DNA of 64,000 nucleotides from a bacterium (GCA_963669175.1 OY769902.1:2368001-2432000), one strand, 5' to 3'; numbered from the stretch's first letter, positions 10,071 to 19,677 are shown. Notes: generated by a model not told the origin, from the letters alone. A program made the numbers and translations.

Positions 10071-10356
10071 GAGCTGTCCCGTCGGCTGGATGCACCGGTT
10101 TGAGGAATACGAGTGATCCCGCAGGGATTGGATAGGTGAGCCCCGGGTACGTGCCGTTTGTTGGGCACGCACCCGGGGTTAGGATTCAACAAAGAGCCCT
10201 ACTCCGAAGGAGTTGGATAGAAGCTTACTGAGTCAGTATTCTATCCGACCTTTATCCAACTCCTTCAGAGTTGAATTCTATTCGGACCAGAACCCCGGGT
10301 AGGCGTCAAACAGACGACGCCTACCCGGGGCTCACCTATCTAACTCCTTCGGAGTA
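10071..10356. repeat. ~285-bp REPIN-like palindromic element, copy 2
   Basis: Direct repeat of 9425-9708, differing by scattered substitutions and one spacer. Confidence 0.9.
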
Positions 10357-10690
10357 ATACAATTAAAAACCCGTTTCCTCGCGGACTGCATGGCCCGATT
10401 CAATCTGCATGGCCCGATTTGCCGGAATCATATACTGGATGTATGAAAAATGCTGGCGATGTTGGTTGATCTGCGTCCTGTGATGTGGCTGAGGAGCAAG
10501 TCGGGAATGTGGCAAGGTTTAATGTCAGCATCCCAACGTAAAACCCGGCAATCCGGACACACCCCAGGCATCCGACACATATTGTTGAATTAACTATTTC
10601 ATATTCTCCTGAACCTTGCATTCTGCTTCAATTTGGACCTAGTTTAATACTAGGATGACGCTCCGGGAGGGGGGCGATGAAGGAGAACCA

Positions 10691-12727
10691 ATGAGAACAA
10701 CCCACACCAGAGACGGTCTGCGTCTGTTGTCGTATCACTGTGCCGTAACCTGCCTTTTCCTGCTGCTTTTTTCTACGCTACTACACGCCCAGACTCGAAA
10801 CTGGCACTGGGAATGGGATCAGCTTGACCTGAGCCTGGCCGAAGGGGATACGCTGCTTCAAGCTGGCGGCAAACCCGTACAACTATTTAACGAAGATTTT
10901 CCACGATTCATTCAACGCCAGGCCGATTCAACTCTCCGAATGGTATACAATGCAGCACCAAATGGAGAAGCGCCTGTCTGGACGTATGATGATGAGTTTT
11001 GTAATGGAATGCGGCCAGCGCCGAACTGGTGGAATGCTTCTATCGAGGATTCCTGCCTGTGTATGCAGATTTACACAATTGTAGAAACACCGGAGCTTGG
11101 AATAAAGCTGGTTTTCAAAAAGCGAAATCTCTTAAATAATGACTCTGAGTGGGTTACAGATTCTACCGCATCAACTTTTATACCACGTGATGAATTGGGT
11201 TCATTGTATTATATGTCAATTTGTTATTTTAATAACGATGATTTTCAGGGATGGATATTAGTATCAGACAATATTACCTGTTATAGAGTAGCATGGGAAG
11301 ATAATCAATGGAATATAGATCATTATTGTATCATTGATGATTATGCGTATGACTACTACCCAATTGGAAGAAATGCTATGATTGCTGATGTAAATGATGA
11401 TGATGAATTAGATGTGCTTATATTTTATGAAAGGTGGGCAGATGGAATGCGTGGGCCGTATTTTGTCTGTAGTAGTGTATTACTTCTGGAATCAATATTT
11501 GAAGAACACTGTGACACCCTGATTTGCGAGAACTGTCAGTATGTACAAGGTTCCTTTGCCTGTGTTGATCTGTATCATGATGGCACTAACGAGATCGTCG
11601 GAGGTAGTGAACTTGGTTTTGTAACTTTTGAACTTCTGGACGAGGCACCCCTGTTACAGCCTGTTCAGCTTTGGAATGAGCCGTCTTGTCTGGCTGGATT
11701 ATGGTGTGATGATGCGAGCGGCGAGTTAAGTTCTTTTGTCTTGTCAGGAGGAACCTATACACAATGGTCTACTGAAGATGCAGAACAATACTATACGAAT
11801 ACAGGGTGTATTGATATACAAGATGTCAATACGCTTCAATCTACCTGGATCGATACTGGTGAAGCAAAGAGGCAGTCGTTATTAGTGCGTGAAATATATG
11901 GAGAATATAATGCTGCAGTAACAACAGTAGAAACATGGAGTAAATTAAGTAATATGTGTTGGGAGTGTCTTGAAGGATCACATAGAAGTGATTCATATAG
12001 TGATAACTATTGTGAATATACACTAGGAGATTGGTCTGGCGATGATATGCCTGATTTGATTTATTATGGTGAGTATTTTGACGGAGATTATACTTATTTT
12101 ACTGGAAGTGTGTATAGTCGTGATAGTACCGGTTACAATCATGTGGTTGGTTGGGAGCCTCGTGACCATCATTTCAGAGGTGATCTGGTCAATATTGACA
12201 GATACGGTGGCCCGGATTTGCTTGGTTACGATGGCAATGATGCGCCACGGTTATGTCTGAACCTGTCCGATTATGGTGAAATACCAGAATGGGGCAGGGT
12301 TGTATATCCGTTTCCTCATGTTGAATTACCCGACCCCCCCGATTTTAAGTTCTACGTCGATTGGCAGGCCGACGGCGACACCGATATTCTCTATCCTGAC
12401 GGCCGCATCCTGGTAAACGAGACCACGGTTTCCGTGGACGATGAGCCGGGAACCAGTGTCCACCCCAGCGACTTCGGTATCCTGTCCACCTATCCGAACC
12501 CGTTCAACGCGACCCTGCAAGTGAGTTTCAGTACGGCCGGTCAGCCGGGTATAGTACGCGTCTATGATGTGTTGGGGCGTGAGGTGCTGGAACCTATGCA
12601 CGTCAATTCCCAGATCGGAGACGGATCGCTGAATCTGCAAACCAACGGGCTGGCGTCCGGGGTGTATTTCCTGAGTCTTGAAGCAGGTGCACTGCATGCG
12701 GTGCAACGTGTAGTTTTGTTGAAATAA
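10691..12727 (+). CDS. Secreted FG-GAP/VCBS-like repeat protein with T9SS type-A C-terminal domain (paralog 1)
   Basis: RBS GGAG before ATG 10691. Signal peptide. Degenerate DxNxDG..D motifs. C-terminus YPNPFN...YDVLGREV...LASGVYF...VVLLK. Confidence 0.8.
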   Translation: MRTTHTRDGLRLLSYHCAVTCLFLLLFSTLLHAQTRNWHWEWDQLDLSLAEGDTLLQAGGKPVQLFNEDFPRFIQRQADSTLRMVYNAAPNGEAPVWTYDDEFCNGMRPAPNWWNASIEDSCLCMQIYTIVETPELGIKLVFKKRNLLNNDSEWVTDSTASTFIPRDELGSLYYMSICYFNNDDFQGWILVSDNITCYRVAWEDNQWNIDHYCIIDDYAYDYYPIGRNAMIADVNDDDELDVLIFYERWADGMRGPYFVCSSVLLLESIFEEHCDTLICENCQYVQGSFACVDLYHDGTNEIVGGSELGFVTFELLDEAPLLQPVQLWNEPSCLAGLWCDDASGELSSFVLSGGTYTQWSTEDAEQYYTNTGCIDIQDVNTLQSTWIDTGEAKRQSLLVREIYGEYNAAVTTVETWSKLSNMCWECLEGSHRSDSYSDNYCEYTLGDWSGDDMPDLIYYGEYFDGDYTYFTGSVYSRDSTGYNHVVGWEPRDHHFRGDLVNIDRYGGPDLLGYDGNDAPRLCLNLSDYGEIPEWGRVVYPFPHVELPDPPDFKFYVDWQADGDTDILYPDGRILVNETTVSVDDEPGTSVHPSDFGILSTYPNPFNATLQVSFSTAGQPGIVRVYDVLGREVLEPMHVNSQIGDGSLNLQTNGLASGVYFLSLEAGALHAVQRVVLLK

Positions 12728-12737
12728 ACAGGAGGGC

Positions 12738-14834
12738 ATGATCATGCACGCACGCACGGTTAACTTGGTAAGTCTGGCTGCCCTGTTGGTCTTCATGTGT
12801 TTTCCGCTAACTTCGTCAGCCCAGGACTGGAATTGGGAATGGAGTGAACTGGACCTCGGTTTTTCGGATAGTGATACTCTGCTGTTGCCTTCCGCACGTC
12901 CTTTCCGTGTGGATGGGGAGGATGGAATACGGTTTGTTGTCCGATCCGGTGATGAGTATCGCATTATCCGTGATGTTGATCCATCCGGTTCCTGTGAGTG
13001 GGAGTGTGATGATTCCAGCCTGGCTTTTCTGGATACTCTGGATGTGTTGACCTGGAATGTGACCAGCAAAGATTCAACGATTTACCTCGCTGTACTAAGT
13101 GAACAGAGTGAGTCCCAGGCGCTGCTCCGTACCTTTCAATACGACCCCTTCGCGCGACGTCCCGTTTGGACACAAAAACTCGGCTATTCCCATACTGTCA
13201 ACCTGGACAGTTTTCAATCGAACAATGGATGGTTTATTTGCCTTGCTGAAATTAATGGAGATGACCAACCTGACTACCTGGTGATCGGTAGGCGTCAGGC
13301 TGAAATGCTCAGGCTGGTGCATAATGATGATATTTGTGCCTGGCAAAGCCTGCCTCACCAGGTGATCAATCCCGGATCAATTGATGGGTTTGGAACAACG
13401 CATCCTACCGTATTCGTCAATACCGGGGATGTTGATGGGGATGGTGTGGATGAGTTGGTTGTTATCAGCACCACGTCCGAGCATAGCGAATATGGAACGG
13501 GTTCCGGATCGAGCCTAAGGGATATGAAAATAGTTGACGACCTTAATCAACAGGAGGTTTCTACCCGAGAGGGATATGGCAGGTTCTATCGTATGGGGAA
13601 TTTCGGCTTCCTTCAGCAAAACGATTCGCCGCAGGAAGAAATGGTCGCCTATGATGGGGAGGCGTGGACCACCTGGACAATTTCTGAAAACCAGAACGAT
13701 TATTACTTTGATCCTGTGGAGATGATCAGTTCGCCCGGAGAAGTGCTGGCTGTATGGTATCATCAACGCACCGGGCTACTGGAAGGTTTTCTGACCCGGA
13801 CGTATTTCAACAATACAGCCTACGATGATCATGATTTCAGTGGGTACAATCGTTACTACAACGCGCTATCTTTCTGGAAAAATACTGACGATGATAATGC
13901 TGCAGAATTCCAGACGGGTATAAACAGATCATTCTTCCGTGGTGAGGCTTTCTTCCTGCAACCCATGGTTGTCGATTACCAGAATTCTGATGTGTTGGCA
14001 GTAAACCTGTATAAGTATATATCCGAGGGGTATAGTCTAACAAACATGATAGGCGGTCTGTATTGTGCTTCTGAATATCCGAATAGTACCTGGCAAATAC
14101 TTGATCACTGCTCTATCAATACGACACCTGAGGGCGGTGAGTCTGTGTGGGCTGAGACTTACGGTGATATTCTTTTGCGCGACGGACTTGAAAAGGTTAA
14201 ACTTCAAAATGGCGTCTTGTCCCTTAACGTGCTGGATGATGGTACCTGGAATACACGAAGCACTATGGACTGCGCGAGTGCAAACTATCTCTATGTCGGC
14301 AACTTTGATGGCGATGCCCATAAAGACATCTACCTTCAAGGGGCAGATAATATCTGGCGTGACTGCGAACCCTGGAACGAGCAATACCCAACCTGGGAAG
14401 CAGATGCCAGCGCTTTTGGAAATGTATCCCCGCAACCTGATTGGGAAAACCTGCAAACCGTGATTGACTACCAGGGGGATGGGGATTCGGATTTCCTGTT
14501 CAAGGACGGTTCCATCCTGGTCAACAACAATATCCTCGCCAGCCCGGAAGGCCAGCCGGAAACGGAGCAGCCGTCCGATTTTCTGCTGGTGTCCGCCTAT
14601 CCCAATCCGTTTAACGCTACCCTGAATGTCCGTTTTGAAGCGCCCGTACCTGATATAACCATCAGGCTGTACGATATCCTTGGACGTGAAGCGCTGGCGC
14701 CGTTCGAAGTCCGGACAGGAGGAACCACGGGGACTTTGACCCTGCCAACCTCGAATCTCGCATCGGGCATCTACTTCCTGAGTCTTGAAGCCGGAGGGCA
14801 GCATGTGGTGGAACGGGTTGTGCTGTTGAAATAA
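12738..14834 (+). CDS. Secreted FG-GAP/VCBS-like repeat protein with T9SS type-A C-terminal domain (paralog 2)
   Basis: RBS GGAGG. Signal peptide. EINGDDQPDY, GDVDGDGVDEL, GNFDGDAHKDI. C-terminus YPNPFN...LASGIYF...VVLLK. Both termini are homologous to the upstream gene. Confidence 0.85.
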   Translation: MIMHARTVNLVSLAALLVFMCFPLTSSAQDWNWEWSELDLGFSDSDTLLLPSARPFRVDGEDGIRFVVRSGDEYRIIRDVDPSGSCEWECDDSSLAFLDTLDVLTWNVTSKDSTIYLAVLSEQSESQALLRTFQYDPFARRPVWTQKLGYSHTVNLDSFQSNNGWFICLAEINGDDQPDYLVIGRRQAEMLRLVHNDDICAWQSLPHQVINPGSIDGFGTTHPTVFVNTGDVDGDGVDELVVISTTSEHSEYGTGSGSSLRDMKIVDDLNQQEVSTREGYGRFYRMGNFGFLQQNDSPQEEMVAYDGEAWTTWTISENQNDYYFDPVEMISSPGEVLAVWYHQRTGLLEGFLTRTYFNNTAYDDHDFSGYNRYYNALSFWKNTDDDNAAEFQTGINRSFFRGEAFFLQPMVVDYQNSDVLAVNLYKYISEGYSLTNMIGGLYCASEYPNSTWQILDHCSINTTPEGGESVWAETYGDILLRDGLEKVKLQNGVLSLNVLDDGTWNTRSTMDCASANYLYVGNFDGDAHKDIYLQGADNIWRDCEPWNEQYPTWEADASAFGNVSPQPDWENLQTVIDYQGDGDSDFLFKDGSILVNNNILASPEGQPETEQPSDFLLVSAYPNPFNATLNVRFEAPVPDITIRLYDILGREALAPFEVRTGGTTGTLTLPTSNLASGIYFLSLEAGGQHVVERVVLLK

Positions 14835-14916
14835 GGCAATTTTTCAGTTGTACGTTTGAATCCCCGGCTGCATGATACCCGACAGCAAGCAGTCGGGCCA
14901 AACGGTCTGAGGAGGT

Positions 14917-14963
14917 GAAGAGGGGGACAGACCCTTTTAACAGATGGGTCAGTCCCTCTTTTC
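14917..14963. repeat. REP-like inverted repeat (GGGACWG family)
   Basis: GAAGAGGGGGACAGACCC...GGGTCAGTCCCTCTTTTC. Confidence 0.6.
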
Positions 14964-14974
14964 TGCCCAGAGCC

Positions 14975-15007
14975 AAAAAAAAACCCGCGTCCCAGTGACG
15001 CGGGTTT
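14975..15007 (-). terminator. Rho-independent terminator downstream of flagellin
   Basis: AAACCCGCGTC-ccagt-GACGCGGGTTT stem with a poly-A run on the + strand (U-tract on the - strand), 39 bp after the flagellin stop. Confidence 0.85.
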
Positions 15008-15045
15008 GAATCGAGGCGTGGCAAGGGTGTGTAGCGGGAACTCCG

Positions 15046-15882
15046 CTAGCCGATCAACCCGGCCACGATTTGTGGGATCATGTTTGCTTGTGCCAGCATG
15101 GACACGCCGGATTGCATCAGGATCTGACTGCGCACGAAATCACTCATCTCAGCCGCAATGTCGGCATCACGAATCATCGATTCCGACGCGGTGGTGTTCT
15201 CACGCGTGATCTGCAGGTTGAGAATCGTGTTCTGCAGACGTTCTACCCAGGCACCGATCCTGGTACGTTCTGTGTCCTTTGTGTCGATCGCGCTGTCAAT
15301 GGACGTAATGGTCTGTTGTGCCGACAACGTATTGAGCAAATTCGTGCCGAACAGGCCAAGCGCACTGGCACGCATATCGTTCAAATGGACGTAGTAGTAA
15401 TCTTCGAGATAGTTGTTAAATGTTCCGATATGGAACTTTATCCCGGTTCCACCACTGAACGTTCCGTCGATCAGGTTCAACCCGTTATAGTTGGTGGTTG
15501 CTGCAATTCGGGTAATCTCGGACTTCAACTGCTGGAATTCGACGTTGAGAATCTGCCGGTCCATGCTTGTCAAAGCGCCGTTGGATGCCTGAATTGCCAG
15601 CGCACGCATCCGGATCAATTTCTCGTCGATAACAGACAGGGCGCCTTCTGCGGTCGCCAGCATGTTTACGTTATAGTTCGCGTTTCGTTCGGCTTCCGTT
15701 GAGGAATCGATCTGCGCGCGCATACGTTCACTGATGGCCAATCCCGCTGGGTCGTCCCAGGAATGGTTAATCCTGAGCCCTGAACTCAACCGCTCGATGG
15801 CGGTTTCCATTTTGTTCTGGGTGACCCACATGTACCTCTGTGCTGCTATCGAAAGAATATTATGGTTAATGCGAGTACTCAT
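15046..15882 (-). CDS. fliC: Flagellin (short, ~278 aa), copy B
   Basis: MSTRINHN...ERLSSGLRIN...DDPAGLAISE; C-terminus ESMIRDADIAAEMS...QILMQSGVSMLAQAN. RBS AAGGAGG before ATG 15882. Confidence 0.95.
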   Translation of the reverse strand: MSTRINHNILSIAAQRYMWVTQNKMETAIERLSSGLRINHSWDDPAGLAISERMRAQIDSSTEAERNANYNVNMLATAEGALSVIDEKLIRMRALAIQASNGALTSMDRQILNVEFQQLKSEITRIAATTNYNGLNLIDGTFSGGTGIKFHIGTFNNYLEDYYYVHLNDMRASALGLFGTNLLNTLSAQQTITSIDSAIDTKDTERTRIGAWVERLQNTILNLQITRENTTASESMIRDADIAAEMSDFVRSQILMQSGVSMLAQANMIPQIVAGLIG

Positions 15883-16101
15883 GACTGCCTCCTTGTGGGC
15901 GGTGCCAGTACATCGGCACACTTCCCTGAATCTTCGCACGGCTTGAGCTTCTGTTCCGTTGTCAGCGAGACCGAGTCTCGCGGACTGCGAGCAAGAGCAT
16001 CGTCACAGTCGTCAAGCCGGGGTGTCAAAGAACAAGGGTGTTAACCCACCGGACGCGCACCAGTTATAACGGGGGCTCGCCTCGATGTTGGAAGCAGTAT
16101 T

Positions 16102-16476
16102 TTACGAGGCGCTTTCACCTCGTGTTTTTGCGAACAGTTTCCGCAAGATATAATCGGACATGGTTTCGGCGAGTTGGGTCACTCTAGCCTCTTCCATACC
16201 GGGCATTGCCGCTTCGGCTGCCTCTTTGGCAGCCTCTTCTGCCGCCAGTTTTCGCCGAGCTCCTTCCAGCGTGTAGCCTTCGTTGTGAACAAGTTGATCT
16301 ATCTTTTCAATCAGCTTGACCGCACCGTCGTCGTACCGTCGCTGGTTGCCAGGCGTTCGGTATGGTTTCAGATAGGTTGAAAACTCCTTTTCCCAGAACC
16401 GCAATGTTGGCTTGGGAATGCCCGTAATCGCGTGAACCTGCCCGATACTATAGAGTTTGTCGCTTTGTAAACTCAT
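16102..16476 (-). CDS. MerR-family (MlrA-like) HTH transcriptional regulator
   Basis: YSIGQV..ITGIPKPTLRFWEKEF...P.RTPGNQRRY...EGYTLEGARRKL. RBS AAGGAG. Confidence 0.9.
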   Translation of the reverse strand: MSLQSDKLYSIGQVHAITGIPKPTLRFWEKEFSTYLKPYRTPGNQRRYDDGAVKLIEKIDQLVHNEGYTLEGARRKLAAEEAAKEAAEAAMPGMEEARVTQLAETMSDYILRKLFAKTRGESAS

Positions 16477-16556
16477 AGTGTCTATCTCCTTGTTGGAAAT
16501 GGACAGTTCGGGCGTACAGGCTCATCGAGCATACAAAAACCTCACGCGGAATCTGT

Positions 16557-17399
16557 TTAGCCGATGAGCTGGGCAACCATCTGCGGAACCATATTCGCCT
16601 GGGCAAGCATGGAAATACCGGACTGCATCAGGATCTGAGCGCGTGTGAAGTTGCTCATTTCCTCCGCGATGTCTGCATCGCGCAGCGCTTCTTCGGCCGC
16701 CGTGGATGTCTCTTCGGCGATCTGCTGATACAGAATGGTATTCTGCAACCGGTTTACGTACGAACCGAGACGAGTACGCAGCTCGTCCTTGGAATTAATA
16801 GCATCGTCCAGCGTGGTAATCGCGGCCTGGGCAGTCGAAGTGTTCAACAGGCTCAACTGCTGAATACCCAGCGACTGGGCAGTGGCGTTACCCATCTGTA
16901 CGAAGTAGTAGTCCACATTGTCCTGGTTAAAGATACCGATGTGGAACTTGATCCCACGCGCATCTTCCTGTGACCACGTTCCATCCAACAGGAACTTCCC
17001 GTTGTAGTTTGTGGACTCAGCGATACGTGTGATTTCACTGCGAAGGCTGTCGAACTCCAGGTGCAACGCCTGGCGATCCGAACTGGACAGCGGGCCGTTG
17101 GAAGCCTGGATTGCGAGGGCACGCATGCGGATCAATTTTTCATCGATCACACTCAGGGCGCCGTCGACCATGGAAATGAGGTTGATCGCGTAGTTGGCGT
17201 TCTTCTCCGCTTCCTTGTGCGACGCGATCTGCGCACGGAAGCGTTCACTCAAGTTGAGTGCGGCCGGGTCATCCCAGGCATGGTTGACCCGTAATCCTGA
17301 ACTCAATCGTTCCACCGATGTGTCCAGGTCGCCCTGTGCTGTCTGAATTGCCCGTTGGGCAAACAGCGACAGAACATTGTGGTTAATGCGGGTACTCAT
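16557..17399 (-). CDS. fliC: Flagellin (short, ~280 aa), copy A
   Basis: MSTRINHN...ERLSSGLRVN...; RDADIAEEMSNFTRAQILMQSGISMLAQAN. RBS AAGGAGG before ATG 17399. Confidence 0.95.
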   Translation of the reverse strand: MSTRINHNVLSLFAQRAIQTAQGDLDTSVERLSSGLRVNHAWDDPAALNLSERFRAQIASHKEAEKNANYAINLISMVDGALSVIDEKLIRMRALAIQASNGPLSSSDRQALHLEFDSLRSEITRIAESTNYNGKFLLDGTWSQEDARGIKFHIGIFNQDNVDYYFVQMGNATAQSLGIQQLSLLNTSTAQAAITTLDDAINSKDELRTRLGSYVNRLQNTILYQQIAEETSTAAEEALRDADIAEEMSNFTRAQILMQSGISMLAQANMVPQMVAQLIG

Positions 17400-17649
17400 A
17401 GGCACCTCCTTCGTCGGTAGCAATGGGGAATAGCTACGCTTCTTCTTTTTGTTTCACGCCGGGATTGTGCCTGTTTAATCCCAACGTGTGAGCACTATTT
17501 GAGCTTTGTTTTTCGCGAACCTCCGCCGCGGGTTGAGCGACCCGCGGCGGAAAATCACAGCAGTATGGGCGTGAGCTGCGCCCGAAAGTCACGAATCAGG
17601 AGTAGGCCTGGGGATTAGGGCTCCGGGATTCGCTTTCCTTCTATGCATC

Positions 17650-17677
17650 TTATCGGAATCATGCACTCTGAACTTTA
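17650..17677 (-). promoter_or_regulatory. Sigma-28 (FliA/SigD) promoter
   Basis: Minus strand reads TAAA-gttcagagtgcatgat(16 nt)-TCCGATAA, against the consensus TAAA-N15/16-GCCGATAA. Lies upstream of flagellin A. Confidence 0.8.
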
Positions 17678-17890
17678 ATTCTTACTCGGGGGTTACTGGA
17701 GGTTTTTTGAAAGTAAACGAGGAGAGTTTGTGACTAAGTAAATAATTGCCATATAGTAAGGTTGGTAAAAAAACTGTCAAAAGACTCTGAAATCTCGGAG
17801 GTCTGAGAGAGGAATTCTTAAAGCAGATGGGTAGTAATTCTTCAGTAGCTTGGTCTGAAAAGAATAAGGGAGGAGGTGAAAACAGGAATG

Positions 17891-18427
17891 TCAGGCTGGC
17901 TTGGGCAGTCCATGAATCCGTAAATGAGTATAAACCCGGTCCGCTTCCTTATGAGCGATCTCGATAAAGCCACGGAAATCCTCTACTTCACGCCCGGTCG
18001 GGTCATCCACATCCGGCTCGGCGACACTTCCCTCGGCGCGTCCGAATTCGAGGACGGTAAAGAGTCTTCCTTCGAGTTCAGGGAAACGTTCGAGCAGAGT
18101 TTCTTTTTGCGCCTTCTCCATGGTGAGCACCAGGTCCGCTTCGGAAGCGATGGCGGAAGAGAAGCGTCGTGAACGATGGTTGTGAATGGCGAGACCCTGC
18201 ATCTTGGCAACCATAACCATGATCGGGTTGGCTGCGATACGTGGCTGAGCGGCGACTCCGGCAGAAATCACGGAGACATTGTCAATCAGGGGAATCGGCT
18301 TCTCTTTGATCAGACGGTCCAGGTAAGCCGCAAAATAGGGACTCCGGGTAATATTGGCCGTGCATACGATGACAATAGTAGTCGAACGCTTTTTCCCAAA
18401 CAATTTTGCGAAGAAACCGGGCGCCAT
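17891..18427 (-). CDS. Low-molecular-weight protein tyrosine/arginine phosphatase
   Basis: P-loop VCTANITRSP, SAGV, ADLVLTME, DVDDPTG. Confidence 0.9.
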   Translation of the reverse strand: MAPGFFAKLFGKKRSTTIVIVCTANITRSPYFAAYLDRLIKEKPIPLIDNVSVISAGVAAQPRIAANPIMVMVAKMQGLAIHNHRSRRFSSAIASEADLVLTMEKAQKETLLERFPELEGRLFTVLEFGRAEGSVAEPDVDDPTGREVEDFRGFIEIAHKEADRVYTHLRIHGLPKPA

Positions 18428-18639
18428 GTCCTTTAGCCTGTCGTAAGTTCAATCAGGGTTAAGAAAACTGATACATCAAAGTACATGTTTCAGCCGCATA
18501 ATCCAACTCCCGGGAAAATATAGAATACCCCAATCGTTGCTACTGATAGCTTTCGGATGTACCTTTATCAAATACAAACAGAACAGGGTTTACTCATGGG
18601 GAGACCGGCGTAAACCTGTTTTTAACTCAGGGAGGTGTT

Positions 18640-19656
18640 ATGCCCCAGGAGCTGATTACCACTCAGCGCTTCCTGACCATGGAAGCGCGCAAGTACCCGC
18701 AGGCGACAGGTGAATTTACGGCATTGATGAACGAGCTGGTCATGACTGCCAAGGTAATTCACCGTGAAGTAAATAAAGCCGGACTGGTAGAAATTCTCGG
18801 GATGACCGGCGAAACCAATGTTCAGGGTGAAGAAGTTAGAAAGCTTGATGATTTTGCCAATGATCTGTTTCTGCATATCCTGAAATATTCCGGGCATGTT
18901 TGCGCCATGGCCAGCGAAGAGATGGAAGACCTGGCCCAGGGACCGACTTATACCAATTCCGGGTCTTATGTTGTCATGCTGGATCCGCTGGATGGTTCAT
19001 CCAACATTGACGCGAATGTTTCCATCGGAACTATTTTTGCCATTCACCGCCGGGTCAGCCCACATGGGCAGCCGGGTGAGATGCAGGATATGCTGCAACC
19101 GGGCAAAAAACTGGTCGCCGCCGGGTATATTCTGTATGGCAGCTCTACCATGCTGGTATATTCGACCGGTCAGGGTGCGCATGGGTTCACCTTTGATCCA
19201 TCCGTAGGAACATTCATTCTCAGCCATCCAAACATTCAGATCCCGGAGAAGGCGAAAGTATATTCGGTGAATGAATCCTACTATACGAAGTGGACAGAAG
19301 GCATTCAGAAGTATGTGGATCGTGTAAAAGGCATTGGCCCGGATGCTCTTGAGAAGCCGCTGTCCGCACGCTATATCGGTTCCATGGTCGCGGATTTTCA
19401 CCGTAACCTGTTGTATGGCGGGATTTTCCTGTATCCGGGTACGAGGACCAAACCGGTTGGCAAGCTGCGGCTCCTTTATGAAGCCATGCCGATGGCATTC
19501 CTGTTGCGCGCTGCTGGTGGCTATGCTTCCAATGGGCATGAGGATATTCTCGAGATTCAGCCGGAAACCCTGCATCAGCGTACACCGCTATTTATGGGAA
19601 ATCGTGATGAGGTAGAAAAGGTTGAGGAGTATATTCGTACATACGACGATAAGTAA
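18640..19656 (+). CDS. fbp: Fructose-1,6-bisphosphatase class 1
   Basis: NVQGEEVRKLD, ASEE, DPLDGSSNIDANVSIGTIF, RYIGSMVADFHR, GKLRLLYEA. Confidence 0.97.
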   Translation: MPQELITTQRFLTMEARKYPQATGEFTALMNELVMTAKVIHREVNKAGLVEILGMTGETNVQGEEVRKLDDFANDLFLHILKYSGHVCAMASEEMEDLAQGPTYTNSGSYVVMLDPLDGSSNIDANVSIGTIFAIHRRVSPHGQPGEMQDMLQPGKKLVAAGYILYGSSTMLVYSTGQGAHGFTFDPSVGTFILSHPNIQIPEKAKVYSVNESYYTKWTEGIQKYVDRVKGIGPDALEKPLSARYIGSMVADFHRNLLYGGIFLYPGTRTKPVGKLRLLYEAMPMAFLLRAAGGYASNGHEDILEIQPETLHQRTPLFMGNRDEVEKVEEYIRTYDDK

Positions 19657-19677
19657 GCATACTTGCGGGAACCAGTG

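Noticed and set aside
9340-10192. Two ORFs beginning MLNPNPGCVPNKRH
   Set aside because: They are translations of the duplicated palindromic element, with no RBS and no protein-like features.
10691-12727. Diversity-generating retroelement target explaining the AT-rich core
   Set aside because: There is no reverse transcriptase and no template/variable repeat pair differing at adenines in the window.
15908-15940. Second sigma-28 promoter for flagellin B (GCCGATGT)
   Set aside because: The -10-like element has no TAAA -35 at 15-16 bp spacing, which is too weak to call.
17400-17645. c-di-GMP riboswitch in the flagellin leader
   Set aside because: I could not find the GEMM core (GGCAAAC...GAAA...GACGCAAA) on the minus strand.
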